This document shows, one piece after another, positions 1-8,025 of a stretch of 43,660 bases of DNA. Where the stretch lies: IMG/VR virus record IMGVR_UViG_3300026863_000031, positions 1 to 43,660 of that record; one strand, written 5' to 3'. The stretch comes from a virus. Lineage: Duplodnaviria; Caudoviricetes. The position numbers and the translations under genes are program-made. The notes under the pieces are model-generated. The model saw nothing but the letters and a program-made list of their open reading frames with translations. It did no database searches and was not told the origin of the DNA. Every line of letters starts with the position of its first letter. Within the stretch, counting starts at the first letter, position 1.

Positions 1-687
1 TCAGCCATTGCCGAGCTCCCGCGCGTCGAGCGCTGACCTGACCTGAGCATCCCACGCCGCATTTCGGGCGTCGAGTTCGTCGGCCAACACCCGAAGCGTC
101 CAAGCCGCAAAGGCGCCGCCCGTTGCGCCAGTGGGCCAGTAGACGACATAGCCATCGTCTCCGGTCACGAAATCGCCCTTGCTGTCCGCCATTTCTACGA
201 TGCGACGTATCTCGCGCGCATTTGCTTGCGTCTCTGGTGTGGAGGTCTTGAGGGCGCGAATAGCCTTGGCAGCGTCGCGAGGCTGCATGTAGCCCGGCAT
301 CGCGTCCGCAATCCGTGCCGCCTCTTCGAGCACCGCCTCCCTATCTACCGATCCTTCTTCCTCCCGTGATGGCGTAGTATCGGTGGCGTCCGCGACGTGG
401 GCGCCCCATGCGTCATACGCGGCACCGCGGGTGTCGCCGCTGAACTGCACGCCGCATCCGCAATAACCGACGTAATCGCCCTGTGGCTGCGGCCAGCAAC
501 CGGTCGGATAGTGCTGGCGGAATTGCTGGACCCGCTCCTCTGTTGGTGCAGGGCGGCTTTCGAGGGCGGCGAGGGCTGCCTTGATGTCGTCAAGCGAAGG
601 CGGCGCTGGATAGATCGTCGGCCCACCCCAGTTCGGGGCGTCTTCGTACTGGCTGACATACTTCCGCAACCGGGTGACAATGCTCAT
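1..687 (-). CDS. Phage hypothetical protein, last gene of the leftward early operon
   Basis: ATG at 687 (MSIVTRLRKY) overlaps the upstream stop (ATGA coupling). No family recognised. Confidence 0.7.
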   Translation of the reverse strand: MSIVTRLRKYVSQYEDAPNWGGPTIYPAPPSLDDIKAALAALESRPAPTEERVQQFRQHYPTGCWPQPQGDYVGYCGCGVQFSGDTRGAAYDAWGAHVADATDTTPSREEEGSVDREAVLEEAARIADAMPGYMQPRDAAKAIRALKTSTPETQANAREIRRIVEMADSKGDFVTGDDGYVVYWPTGATGGAFAAWTLRVLADELDARNAAWDAQVRSALDARELGNG

Positions 688-1190
688 CGGAATTCCTCGA
701 ACGGCTGGTCGCCCTTGACGTAGAGCGGGTGGCGGGGGTGGCGCTGGACGGTGCGACCGAGCGAGACCACGCGGACACCGGCTGCGAAGGCCATGTCCAT
801 CACGATCGCGTCGCGGCCCAGATGCCCGCCGTGTGCGCCCCAAGCGGCCAGCACGGGCAATTTGAGACCCGCCGCCTCGGCTAGCATCGCCCGGAGCGTC
901 TCATCGTTCTGGGGCCCCACCGGATCGTCGGCGGCGCGCATGTCGGCCGGCTTGGTCGCCCGAAAGGCGAACAGGTTGAAAACGCGGCACCCGCCAAACC
1001 CCTCGCGCCCGGCGAACGCCATGCAGCGCTTGATCGTCGGATCGTCGATCGCGGCATCCGCCGTGCTGGGGTTGAGCATGATGATCGGAAGCGGCGGGAT
1101 GAACGCCGGCGCCCAGACCCGCGACAGGGAATAGCGGTATCGACCGCAAGCGCTGATATCGGCGGCGCGCGTGATGAAAAGTCCGGTCAC
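684..1190 (-). CDS. DUF1643 family protein
   Basis: Motifs SACGRYRYSLSRVW, IMLNPSTADAAIDDPT, NLFAFRAT, AAWG, PRHPLY. GTG start is coupled to the upstream TGA. Confidence 0.9.
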   Translation of the reverse strand: MTGLFITRAADISACGRYRYSLSRVWAPAFIPPLPIIMLNPSTADAAIDDPTIKRCMAFAGREGFGGCRVFNLFAFRATKPADMRAADDPVGPQNDETLRAMLAEAAGLKLPVLAAWGAHGGHLGRDAIVMDMAFAAGVRVVSLGRTVQRHPRHPLYVKGDQPFEEFR

Positions 1191-1636
1191 AGCCAGCTCT
1201 CCCCGTCGCTCACGATCGCGATGCGCGCGCCTGGGTAGAGATGGAGGAATAGGGCCGACCAACCGTAGCCGCTGGACTGACCATCCCAGTGCCCCAGATC
1301 GGCGGACGGGGCATAGCTGCTGCCAGTGCGCCGCTTGTGCAGAACGGCCTCGCGGCGCCCGTGCGTGCGGTTCAGGATGAGCGCCAGCGATGCGACGATC
1401 GCGCGCCCTATCGTCCACTCCTCGCCTCGCTCGCGGACGTGCCGTCCGTGTTTGATGATCGGCGGCCCCCACAGCATCGCCAGCGCGCCCAGTCGCCACC
1501 GCCGCTCCTCGCGCACGAAGTCACGATACATACGCCAATCGTCCGCTTCGGACATGAACTCGCCGTACGGACCGGTGGCCCGCCTGATCTCCGAAGGGCG
1601 CCCGGTCCACGAGCTGCTATCGATCACGCTGCGCAT
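1187..1636 (-). CDS. Phage hypothetical protein
   Basis: Tightly packed ORF coupled to its neighbours. The start could be a later Met. Confidence 0.6.
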   Translation of the reverse strand: MRSVIDSSSWTGRPSEIRRATGPYGEFMSEADDWRMYRDFVREERRWRLGALAMLWGPPIIKHGRHVRERGEEWTIGRAIVASLALILNRTHGRREAVLHKRRTGSSYAPSADLGHWDGQSSGYGWSALFLHLYPGARIAIVSDGESWL

Positions 1637-2505
1637 GACGCCTCCTGCTCCGGCTCGATGCGCCGCAGCGCGTCACGAAAGCGGATTGCGCGCTCGAACT
1701 CTTGGGCGCGGACGGCGTCGTCGAGCAGGCGCCGGAGGCGGCTTATCGCCGTCAGGCGCGGTATCGCGCGGCGCGGCATGGCGCTCGGGTCGCCCTCGAA
1801 CAGTTTGTAGCTCGACAACTGGCGCAGATCGCCGCGGCCGGGACCGAACGTCACCAGCCACATGCCGTTGATGCCGCCGTAGCAGCGTCCGCGACGGACC
1901 CGCCCGTCGAAGTCACGGAACAGGCGGGTCTCGCCCGACTGGATCAGTCGCCCGCCGGCGTCGGTTATGCGCCAGCTCTTTCCGCCCAGCTGCTCGGTGG
2001 AGGACCATCCGTCCGGACCATCGCTATAGCGGCCCTCGAAATATCCCTTCGGGTCGAGCCGGTGCCGCGCGGCTTGAAACGAGAACCCAGCATCGTCGAG
2101 CGCATCGAGCGCCGCCCGGAGCGCGACCTCGTAGGCCTTCCCGATCAGGTACGGCATCTTATCGCGCTTATCGAAGTCATAGCGCCCGCCGTTGCGATTG
2201 ACCATCACGACATTTTGGAAGAACTCGAACGTGAGCCCGGCTGGGTGCGCCTCGGTCGCGACGAACAGGTCGCCGCTCGGCGTCTGACGGCGCCCCATGC
2301 GATGATATTTGTTGAGGGTGCGATAATGCTCATTGTCGATCCGCGGGTCGGTGGTGAAGGTGAACCCCTTGGCCTTGAGCGCGCGGATGACGGCCGAGAG
2401 TGTCTTGTAGTCCGGCTTGGTCCATCCAAGGTGCGGCTCGACTTCGTTCGTGCGGCTGGCGACGTTGATCGAGGTGTCATGGAGCCTGTAGGTACGATTG
2501 TTCAT
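1624..2505 (-). CDS. Phage protein with C-terminal UvrB/UvrC (UVR) coiled-coil motif
   Basis: Start MNNRTY at 2505 (ATGA overlap). C-terminus LRRLLDDAVRAQEFERAIRFRDALRRI fits the UVR consensus. Confidence 0.75.
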   Translation of the reverse strand: MNNRTYRLHDTSINVASRTNEVEPHLGWTKPDYKTLSAVIRALKAKGFTFTTDPRIDNEHYRTLNKYHRMGRRQTPSGDLFVATEAHPAGLTFEFFQNVVMVNRNGGRYDFDKRDKMPYLIGKAYEVALRAALDALDDAGFSFQAARHRLDPKGYFEGRYSDGPDGWSSTEQLGGKSWRITDAGGRLIQSGETRLFRDFDGRVRRGRCYGGINGMWLVTFGPGRGDLRQLSSYKLFEGDPSAMPRRAIPRLTAISRLRRLLDDAVRAQEFERAIRFRDALRRIEPEQEASCAA

Positions 2506-2840
2506 CGCTCGACCTCCGGCCGCGCGACCTGAATATCGACGTCCATCCCGACGACCGTCCGAACAGCCTCGGCGATCGCAGTCGCGTCGATATGGACGGC
2601 CTGCTGCGGGTCCTCGACCTTGATCGATGCCGACAGCGACGGCGTCTCGAACAGCGCAGCGGGGAGCTGCAGCTTGAGGTTCAGGGCGCGTTCGTTGCGC
2701 GCGAGGTTGGGATAGCCCGCCGAGACGCGGACGCTCGGCCGGTCGCTGCCACCCTGCCCCCGGCCAATGGTCAGCCAGAAGTCGAGGATGAGCGTCGTCT
2801 TGCCGCCCGCGCGACTTTCGTGCCCGAAGCGTCCGCTCAT
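2502..2840 (-). CDS. Phage hypothetical protein
   Basis: Start MSGRFG with GGAGGG upstream and an ATGA overlap. Confidence 0.7.
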   Translation of the reverse strand: MSGRFGHESRAGGKTTLILDFWLTIGRGQGGSDRPSVRVSAGYPNLARNERALNLKLQLPAALFETPSLSASIKVEDPQQAVHIDATAIAEAVRTVVGMDVDIQVARPEVER

Positions 2841-3010
2841 CGACAGACCCTCCGGAAAAGCGCGGCGCAAATCCGCGCCCAGAAGCCGCCCGGGACGCGG
2901 GTAGCCAGCCAGCGGGCCTTGTGACCGGCATGGCGCTGCGAGAGCGCGCGCTGAAGGTCGGTGCCCCGAAGGTCCGACAGCCGCGCGGGGGCGTTGAGCA
3001 GCTCCTTCAC
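2837..3010 (-). CDS. Small hypothetical protein
   Basis: GTG start overlaps the upstream stop (GTGA) and fills the operon gap. Confidence 0.5.
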   Translation of the reverse strand: MKELLNAPARLSDLRGTDLQRALSQRHAGHKARWLATRVPGGFWARICAALFRRVCR

Positions 3011-3189
3011 AGCAGCGCCACCAGCAACCCGAGCGCGATCACGCTCGGTACGGCCGCGACCAGCGCCACCTGCGTTCCCGCGGAGGGCGCACGTACCAGC
3101 GGCGGCTTGCACGTCGGGCAGCGGCACAGGTCGTCACAGATCGGATTGCGATGGTCGACGACGATCGACCCGGCGCCGCGGTGCGGCAT
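3007..3189 (-). CDS. Small Cys-rich membrane protein
   Basis: CDDLCRCPTC motif followed by a hydrophobic C-terminal helix. Coupled to neighbours. Confidence 0.55.
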   Translation of the reverse strand: MPHRGAGSIVVDHRNPICDDLCRCPTCKPPLVRAPSAGTQVALVAAVPSVIALGLLVALL

Positions 3190-3572
3190 CAGCGCGGTTT
3201 CATCCATAGCTTGTCCCCTCCGGGCGCCACGATGAGCGCCCGCGTTCTGTCCTTCCGCCACGCAAGCAGCGGACATTCGATGAGTTTGATTTCGGGCGCG
3301 CCGTCGCCGGGAGAGTGGTGTCCGACTTCGAGGGCTATCGTCACTGTCTCGACGCGCTCCGGGTCCCTGAGCCGCGCCACGACGGATCCGGCCCATCGTT
3401 CGCGGGAAGCGCGCGCCCTCTCCAGCTCACGCCCCAAGGTTGCCAGCTGGGGAGCCGTCCACCGTGAGCCGATAACCGGCGCACCGTGCCAAGGGCTCGT
3501 GCTGGACGGCGTCACGACCGGCCCGGAACGCAGCGCCGCGTCGATCTCGGCTCGGGTGAGGCGGCTGGTCAT
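3189..3572 (-). CDS. Phage hypothetical protein
   Basis: 127-aa ORF packed within the leftward operon. Confidence 0.6.
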   Translation of the reverse strand: MTSRLTRAEIDAALRSGPVVTPSSTSPWHGAPVIGSRWTAPQLATLGRELERARASRERWAGSVVARLRDPERVETVTIALEVGHHSPGDGAPEIKLIECPLLAWRKDRTRALIVAPGGDKLWMKPR

Positions 3573-3576
3573 CGGG

Positions 3577-3825
3577 TCAGGCCGCGATCTTCTCGATATC
3601 GACGCCGACGATGCGGACCGTACGACCGGTCTGCTTGAGCGTCACGCGGTCGAGCTCGATCAGGTCGCGACCAATCTTGCGGCGCTCGCGAAATGCATAA
3701 TTCTCTGCAGTAGCGAGCGAGCGTGTCTCATGCTCGCGCGTCTCACCTGACGCGAAACGGGTAACAACCCGGTGCGTCTTCGGCGCTGCCAGTGCTGCGG
3801 CGATCAGGGGGTGAACGTCGTTCAT
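3577..3825 (-). CDS. Phage hypothetical protein, first gene of the PL operon
   Basis: GGAG Shine-Dalgarno upstream. First ORF downstream of the PL-like promoter. Confidence 0.75.
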   Translation of the reverse strand: MNDVHPLIAAALAAPKTHRVVTRFASGETREHETRSLATAENYAFRERRKIGRDLIELDRVTLKQTGRTVRIVGVDIEKIAA

Positions 3826-3892
3826 CGAATTTCTCCGTCGTCACCGTCTTGCGTGTCGCCGATGGGCGACAGATCAGGTGCCGTTGGAGCCG

Positions 3893-3935
3893 TATCTACA
3901 AAAGTACGGTAGCTCAGTCAACAGGAGTTTTGTAG
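3893..3935 (-). promoter_or_regulatory. PL-like promoter with two 17-bp operators (OL)
   Basis: Minus strand reads TTGACT-N17-TAGATA. Operators are CTACAAAAGTACGGTAG (3896-3912) and CAACAGGAGTTTTGTAG (3919-3935); the latter is the exact reverse complement of the operator at 5083-5099. Confidence 0.8.
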
Positions 3936-3936
3936 T

Positions 3937-4347
3937 TCAATCGTCCGGCGGTAGGTAATCGGGCCAGAAGCCGCTATCCTCACTGCGCTCGACACTTGGA
4001 GCTTCCGTCCCGTCTGCATCTTCAGCCGGCAGGGTCGGGCGTCTGTCGACGCCCACTCGGGCGACGGCGCCGCAAGTCGCGAGGTCCTGAAATATCGCAT
4101 GCAACTCGCGGCCTTCCCGAAGCAGCTTTCCGACGAAGATCGCACGCTGCGACGCGACATATCCGATCTGGAACCCACGAGCGCTGAACACGGCGACCGC
4201 ATGCTCATCGAACGGGTTCTTCGGCTCGGGGCGAAGCTCAAGCGGCTCGCCGCGATTACAGAAAGCAATCTCGCTCCTCCGATTGCCGCCATCGGCATTC
4301 GGGTGGTTCGCGCCCACGACGGCAACAGAGAACTCGCGGTGCCGCAT
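3937..4347 (-). CDS. HIRAN domain protein
   Basis: VAVVG...GEPLELRPEPKNPFDEHAVAVF...QIGYV is the HIRAN signature. Lies directly downstream of cI. Confidence 0.85.
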   Translation of the reverse strand: MRHREFSVAVVGANHPNADGGNRRSEIAFCNRGEPLELRPEPKNPFDEHAVAVFSARGFQIGYVASQRAIFVGKLLREGRELHAIFQDLATCGAVARVGVDRRPTLPAEDADGTEAPSVERSEDSGFWPDYLPPDD

Positions 4348-4361
4348 GCGCGGCGAGCCTA

Positions 4362-5045
4362 CTACATTCGGCGCGCGATCCAAGCTACCTTGCCGATGAT
4401 CCGCACGTCAGCCGGATCCGCGTCTTCTGGCGGATAATCGGGATTGGCGGAGAGGAGGACCAGCTTGCGCCGGCCATCGCGCATGACCGAGCGGACGCGC
4501 TTAATATAGCCACTCCCCGCGTATTCTAGCGCGTAGATGGTATCGCCGAGGTCGATCCGCGTCGCCGAGGTATCGATCAACACCAGATCATGCTTGAGGA
4601 TCAGCGGCTCCATGCTGTCCCCGAAGCCGGTGGCGATAAAGAGCTGCTCTGTCGGCGCGTGCGTAATCGCCTGGATGAAGCTCAGGTTGAAGGGGATGAG
4701 TTCGGCCGAGCGATGCTCCTCGATCGCGGCACCGTGGCCCAGCGCGAACCGGATATCGAGCTTGCGGATATAGACAAGCTCGTCGCGCTTCTCTGTATCG
4801 GCAGCCCTTTCCGGTTGACCTTCCTCGAAGGCCATGCGGACGTACCGGAGCCATTCGGGCAGGCGCTTCGCCTTCCCGGGCTGCTCGAAATCGGAAATCG
4901 ACTGCTGTCGCAGCTTAAGCTCGCTGCCCTCACGACGGGCGATCTCGCGTGCGATGTTCGCGAGCGTCGTGGTTGACCAGCCGCGCTTAGTGCGCTCCCG
5001 GACCAGCCAGCCGCGCCGCGCCTCTACTTCTTCCGCCGAGCTCAT
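4362..5045 (-). CDS. cI: CI-like repressor (HTH plus S24 autopeptidase)
   Basis: N-terminal HTH (RGWSTTTLA...QQSISDFE), catalytic Ser in GDSMEP and Lys in IKRV, LLSANPDYPP, IIGKV. Divergent from cro. Start is uncertain. Confidence 0.92.
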   Translation of the reverse strand: MSSAEEVEARRGWLVRERTKRGWSTTTLANIAREIARREGSELKLRQQSISDFEQPGKAKRLPEWLRYVRMAFEEGQPERAADTEKRDELVYIRKLDIRFALGHGAAIEEHRSAELIPFNLSFIQAITHAPTEQLFIATGFGDSMEPLILKHDLVLIDTSATRIDLGDTIYALEYAGSGYIKRVRSVMRDGRRKLVLLSANPDYPPEDADPADVRIIGKVAWIARRM

Positions 5046-5056
5046 GACACCATGAG

Positions 5057-5125
5057 CTACAAAGATTCCTGTAGAACCGCTCCTACAAAACTCCTGTTGC
5101 ATTGCCTACCGCAATCCTGTAGCGA
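5057..5125. promoter_or_regulatory. OR operator region (three sites) and PR-like promoter
   Basis: CTACAAAGATTCCTGTAG (5057-5074), CTACAAAACTCCTGTTG (5083-5099) and CTACCGCAATCCTGTAG (5106-5122). TTGCAT-N17-TAGCGA on the plus strand. Confidence 0.8.
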
Positions 5126-5133
5126 TGCGAACC

Positions 5134-5364
5134 ATGATGGCGCATCCACACCACGAAGCGTTCAAGACCGCACTGGCGCGGGCAGGCAATAACCAGAGCC
5201 TGTTCGCGCGCGAGATCGGAACGTCGCAGCAGCGGGTCTCGTACTGGCTGCTCAACGGCCGGGCGTTGCCCGGCGAGTTCGTCCTTCCCGCCGAGAAGGC
5301 GGGATTTGGATCGCGCCACGATATCCGCCCGGACCTGTATCCGCGCGAGGCGGTGGCCGCATGA
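5134..5364 (+). CDS. cro: Cro-like repressor (YdaS/Cro family)
   Basis: GNNQSLFAREIGTSQQRVSYW and SRHDIRPDLY motifs. Divergent from cI. Confidence 0.9.
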   Translation: MMAHPHHEAFKTALARAGNNQSLFAREIGTSQQRVSYWLLNGRALPGEFVLPAEKAGFGSRHDIRPDLYPREAVAA

Positions 5365-5564
5365 CCTGCGCCCGTTGTTCCGTCACCCTTTGCAGTTGCC
5401 CCGATGCCGTCTGGCGTGGGGCGACCTCCAACGACCTCGCAGCGCGTGGGGCGCGCGAGACGGGCGCGGGGCTGTTGCCCCCTTGCGGCTCCGCGCCCGG
5501 TGTCGATCCGATGTTCCATGCTCATTCTGCTACCGCAACGGAGGCGCGCCATCATGTCTGCTGA
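5361..5564 (+). CDS. Small Cys-rich hypothetical protein
   Basis: ATGA overlap with cro. CxxC...CxC at the N-terminus. Confidence 0.45.
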   Translation: MTCARCSVTLCSCPDAVWRGATSNDLAARGARETGAGLLPPCGSAPGVDPMFHAHSATATEARHHVC

Positions 5565-5973
5565 AGCCGATTTGGCACGAGATGTCGTGGACCGTCAGGT
5601 GCAGATGTTCGCCATGTTCGTCGGACCGGGGCTGACGACGACCCGCGCGGCGCTCGCCGCGGCGTCGAAGGTCCCCGACAGCACGCTCAAGAGCTGGGCG
5701 AACGGCGCGGCGATGCCGCTGTGGGCCGTGATGCACCTTCGCCGCTTCCTGCCGCCCGAGGCGATCAACATGCTAACGGAGCCTGCAGGGCTGCTTTTCG
5801 CCGGGATCACGCCGTCGGACTCCGATTGGGACGAGATCCTTCATGGCGCCGCCGGTCTGACCTTCGAAATCGTCGAGGCGAAGAAGGACGGCATTTGCCA
5901 CCGGGACAGGGACAGGCTCCGCGGGCGCGCTCGCGCCCTTGCCGCGGACCTCGCTGACGTGATCGAAGACTAG
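5554..5973 (+). CDS. CII-like HTH regulatory protein
   Basis: GGAGG upstream, HTH-like TRAALAAASKVPDSTLKSWANG, and position after cro. Confidence 0.6.
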   Translation: MSAEADLARDVVDRQVQMFAMFVGPGLTTTRAALAAASKVPDSTLKSWANGAAMPLWAVMHLRRFLPPEAINMLTEPAGLLFAGITPSDSDWDEILHGAAGLTFEIVEAKKDGICHRDRDRLRGRARALAADLADVIED

Positions 5974-6013
5974 GAACAATCGAACCGGCCGGACGCCGGG
6001 AGGGAGTTGAAAC

Positions 6014-6592
6014 ATGGATGCGCTGAACAGCGCCGGGGCCGCGATAGCGGTTTCGGCGAACGCCACCGGCTTGCCCGCGTCCGGGCAGCCCTACGCCTCG
6101 CTCGAGGACATGCAGGCATGGGCGGAGGGTGTAATGGCCCGTGCCCCGGACCTCATCATCGGGGAACCGGCTCGGCCGTACCTGCGGCGCTGGTGGGTGG
6201 TGCCCCGCAACTATGCGGCGAACACGTACCTGCACGAGATCCTTCGCAGCGACGACGACCGCGCCGGGCACGATCACCCGTGGCCCAACGCCTCCTACGT
6301 CATTTTCAGCGGGTACGAAGAGGTCATCTACGATCCGCTTCAGCCGTGGATCGAGGTCGATCGCGTCTGGCGCGGGCCGGGTTCGTTCGTCGCCCGCAAG
6401 GCGACCGATACGCACCGCCTGATCGTGCCCGACGGCGGCCGGTGCATTTCGCTTTTCACGACGGCGGCGCGCGAACGGGATTGGGGCTTCTGGTGCCCGG
6501 ACGGCAAGGGCTGGGTTCACTGGCGCGACTTCACCGGCGGCGATGCCGGCGAGATCGTGGGCCGCGGATGCGGGGAGGCCGATCATGGCTGA
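6014..6592 (+). CDS. Phage cupin-fold protein
   Basis: YLRRWW...YLHEILRSDDDRAGHDHPW...GYEE...HRL carries His-x-His/Glu/His metal-binding residues typical of cupins. Confidence 0.75.
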   Translation: MDALNSAGAAIAVSANATGLPASGQPYASLEDMQAWAEGVMARAPDLIIGEPARPYLRRWWVVPRNYAANTYLHEILRSDDDRAGHDHPWPNASYVIFSGYEEVIYDPLQPWIEVDRVWRGPGSFVARKATDTHRLIVPDGGRCISLFTTAARERDWGFWCPDGKGWVHWRDFTGGDAGEIVGRGCGEADHG

Positions 6593-7355
6593 CGCCGCGC
6601 TCGCGCCCCGGAAGGGCTATGGCCATGGCGGGTCGCTTCGCCGGTTCGAGAGCATCGAGGCCCGCGGTCACCGCGTGCGGATGGCGGACGATCACCCTGC
6701 GCTGGTCGAGGGCCGGACGATCATGCCCGCCCGGGTCTTCCAGCCGGATGAGGTCCAGCGCCTTCTGATCGACGGCGTCAACAGCCGGAAGATCGGCCGC
6801 CGCGTGATGAAGGGCCGGTGGAAGGGCTTCCCGATCTTCACGCTCACGCTGGAGGAGCGTGCGACATGCCCGCGCAGCTGTGCCGAGTGGCGCACCTGCT
6901 ACGGCGCGAACATGCCGTTCGCCCGGCGCATCGCGCACGGCCGGGAACTGGAGGCGGCGCTGTGGGCCGAACTGGCGGAGAAGCAGCGCACGCACCCGAA
7001 CGGGTTTGCCGTGCGCCTGCATGTGCTGGGCGACTTCTATAGCCTTGAGTACGTTGCGCTCTGGATGATGGCGCTGGCGCGGTTCCCCGCGCTGCACGTC
7101 TTCGGCTTCACCGCCCGCCATCCCGAAACTGACCCGATCGGCCGCGCGCTCCGCGACATGGTCGAGGCCGACTGGAGCCGCTTTGCGGTCCGCTTCTCCG
7201 GTGTCTCGCGGGACAGGGGGGGGTCTGTCGTTATCGAGCGCGGCGAGGACACGCCGCACGTCGTGTGCCCCGCGCAGACCGGCGGCACCGACTGTTGCGC
7301 CACCTGCGCGCTGTGCTGGCACAGCGACCGCACCATCGCCTTCTGGAGGCACTGA
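6585..7355 (+). CDS. GP88-like protein (Cys-rich, radical-SAM-like motif)
   Basis: TCPRSCAEWRTCY, VRLHVLGDFYS and C-terminal CPAQ...CCATCALC. Confidence 0.7.
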   Translation: MADAALAPRKGYGHGGSLRRFESIEARGHRVRMADDHPALVEGRTIMPARVFQPDEVQRLLIDGVNSRKIGRRVMKGRWKGFPIFTLTLEERATCPRSCAEWRTCYGANMPFARRIAHGRELEAALWAELAEKQRTHPNGFAVRLHVLGDFYSLEYVALWMMALARFPALHVFGFTARHPETDPIGRALRDMVEADWSRFAVRFSGVSRDRGGSVVIERGEDTPHVVCPAQTGGTDCCATCALCWHSDRTIAFWRH

Positions 7356-7870
7356 TGGCGCGGACCTGCACGGATTGCGGCGCGCCGATCGGCGTCAAGA
7401 GCAAGGGCCGGTGTCGTCGCTGCGCCTGCATGCTGATGAACACGGATCCGACGATCATCGCCCGGCGTGAGAAGACGAACGACCGGCATCGGCAAGACCC
7501 CGCGTTTCGGGCGCGGCACGCCACCGCCTGCCGGGAGGCGAAACTGCGCCAGATGCAGGACCCAGCCTTTCGCGAGCGGATGGTCCAGCTCGGTCACGCG
7601 CACGGCCGCGCGAACTTCCATCATGCCAACACGCCGGACGCGCGGGCGCGCGCCCACCGCGAAATCCGCCGCCGACTGCTCGCCTGGTGTCCCGAAGAAT
7701 TCTGGGACCTGAACCGGACGCTCAAGCGGGCCGGATACCGGCTCCCTGATCGCCAGCGAATGATCCGCGAACTGATCCCCGGCACCGCCGAGCGCAGCCG
7801 TCTGGAGATCGCGAACTTCACGTTCAAGCAACAGCTCCGCGTCCAGCGCGAACGCGAACAGGCGTACTGA
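7355..7870 (+). CDS. Zinc-finger-containing basic hypothetical protein
   Basis: CTDC...CRRC at the N-terminus. TGATG coupling with the upstream gene. Confidence 0.7.
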   Translation: MARTCTDCGAPIGVKSKGRCRRCACMLMNTDPTIIARREKTNDRHRQDPAFRARHATACREAKLRQMQDPAFRERMVQLGHAHGRANFHHANTPDARARAHREIRRRLLAWCPEEFWDLNRTLKRAGYRLPDRQRMIRELIPGTAERSRLEIANFTFKQQLRVQREREQAY

Positions 7871-7872
7871 GC

Positions 7873-8025
7873 ATGACGCCCGGCCTCACCGCACCCCGCT
7901 CGCGCCCCGTCGCCGGACCGCTCCGGCCGCGCGCCCGCGACGGCTCCTACCCCTTCCTCAATCACCGCACCGTCGCCGAGATCCGCGCGGCGGCCGGTCA
8001 GCACGAGCGAGAGCAGCATGCCTGA
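7873..8025 (+). CDS. Small hypothetical protein (50 aa, not in the ORF track)
   Basis: MTPGLTAPRS...QHEREQHA fills the gap between two genes and overlaps the next start. Confidence 0.4.
   Translation: MTPGLTAPRSRPVAGPLRPRARDGSYPFLNHRTVAEIRAAAGQHEREQHA

Noticed and set aside
5513-5527. GTTC-N7-ATTC LexA-like box upstream of the CII-like gene
   Set aside because: One mismatch and inside a probable coding region, so it could easily be chance.
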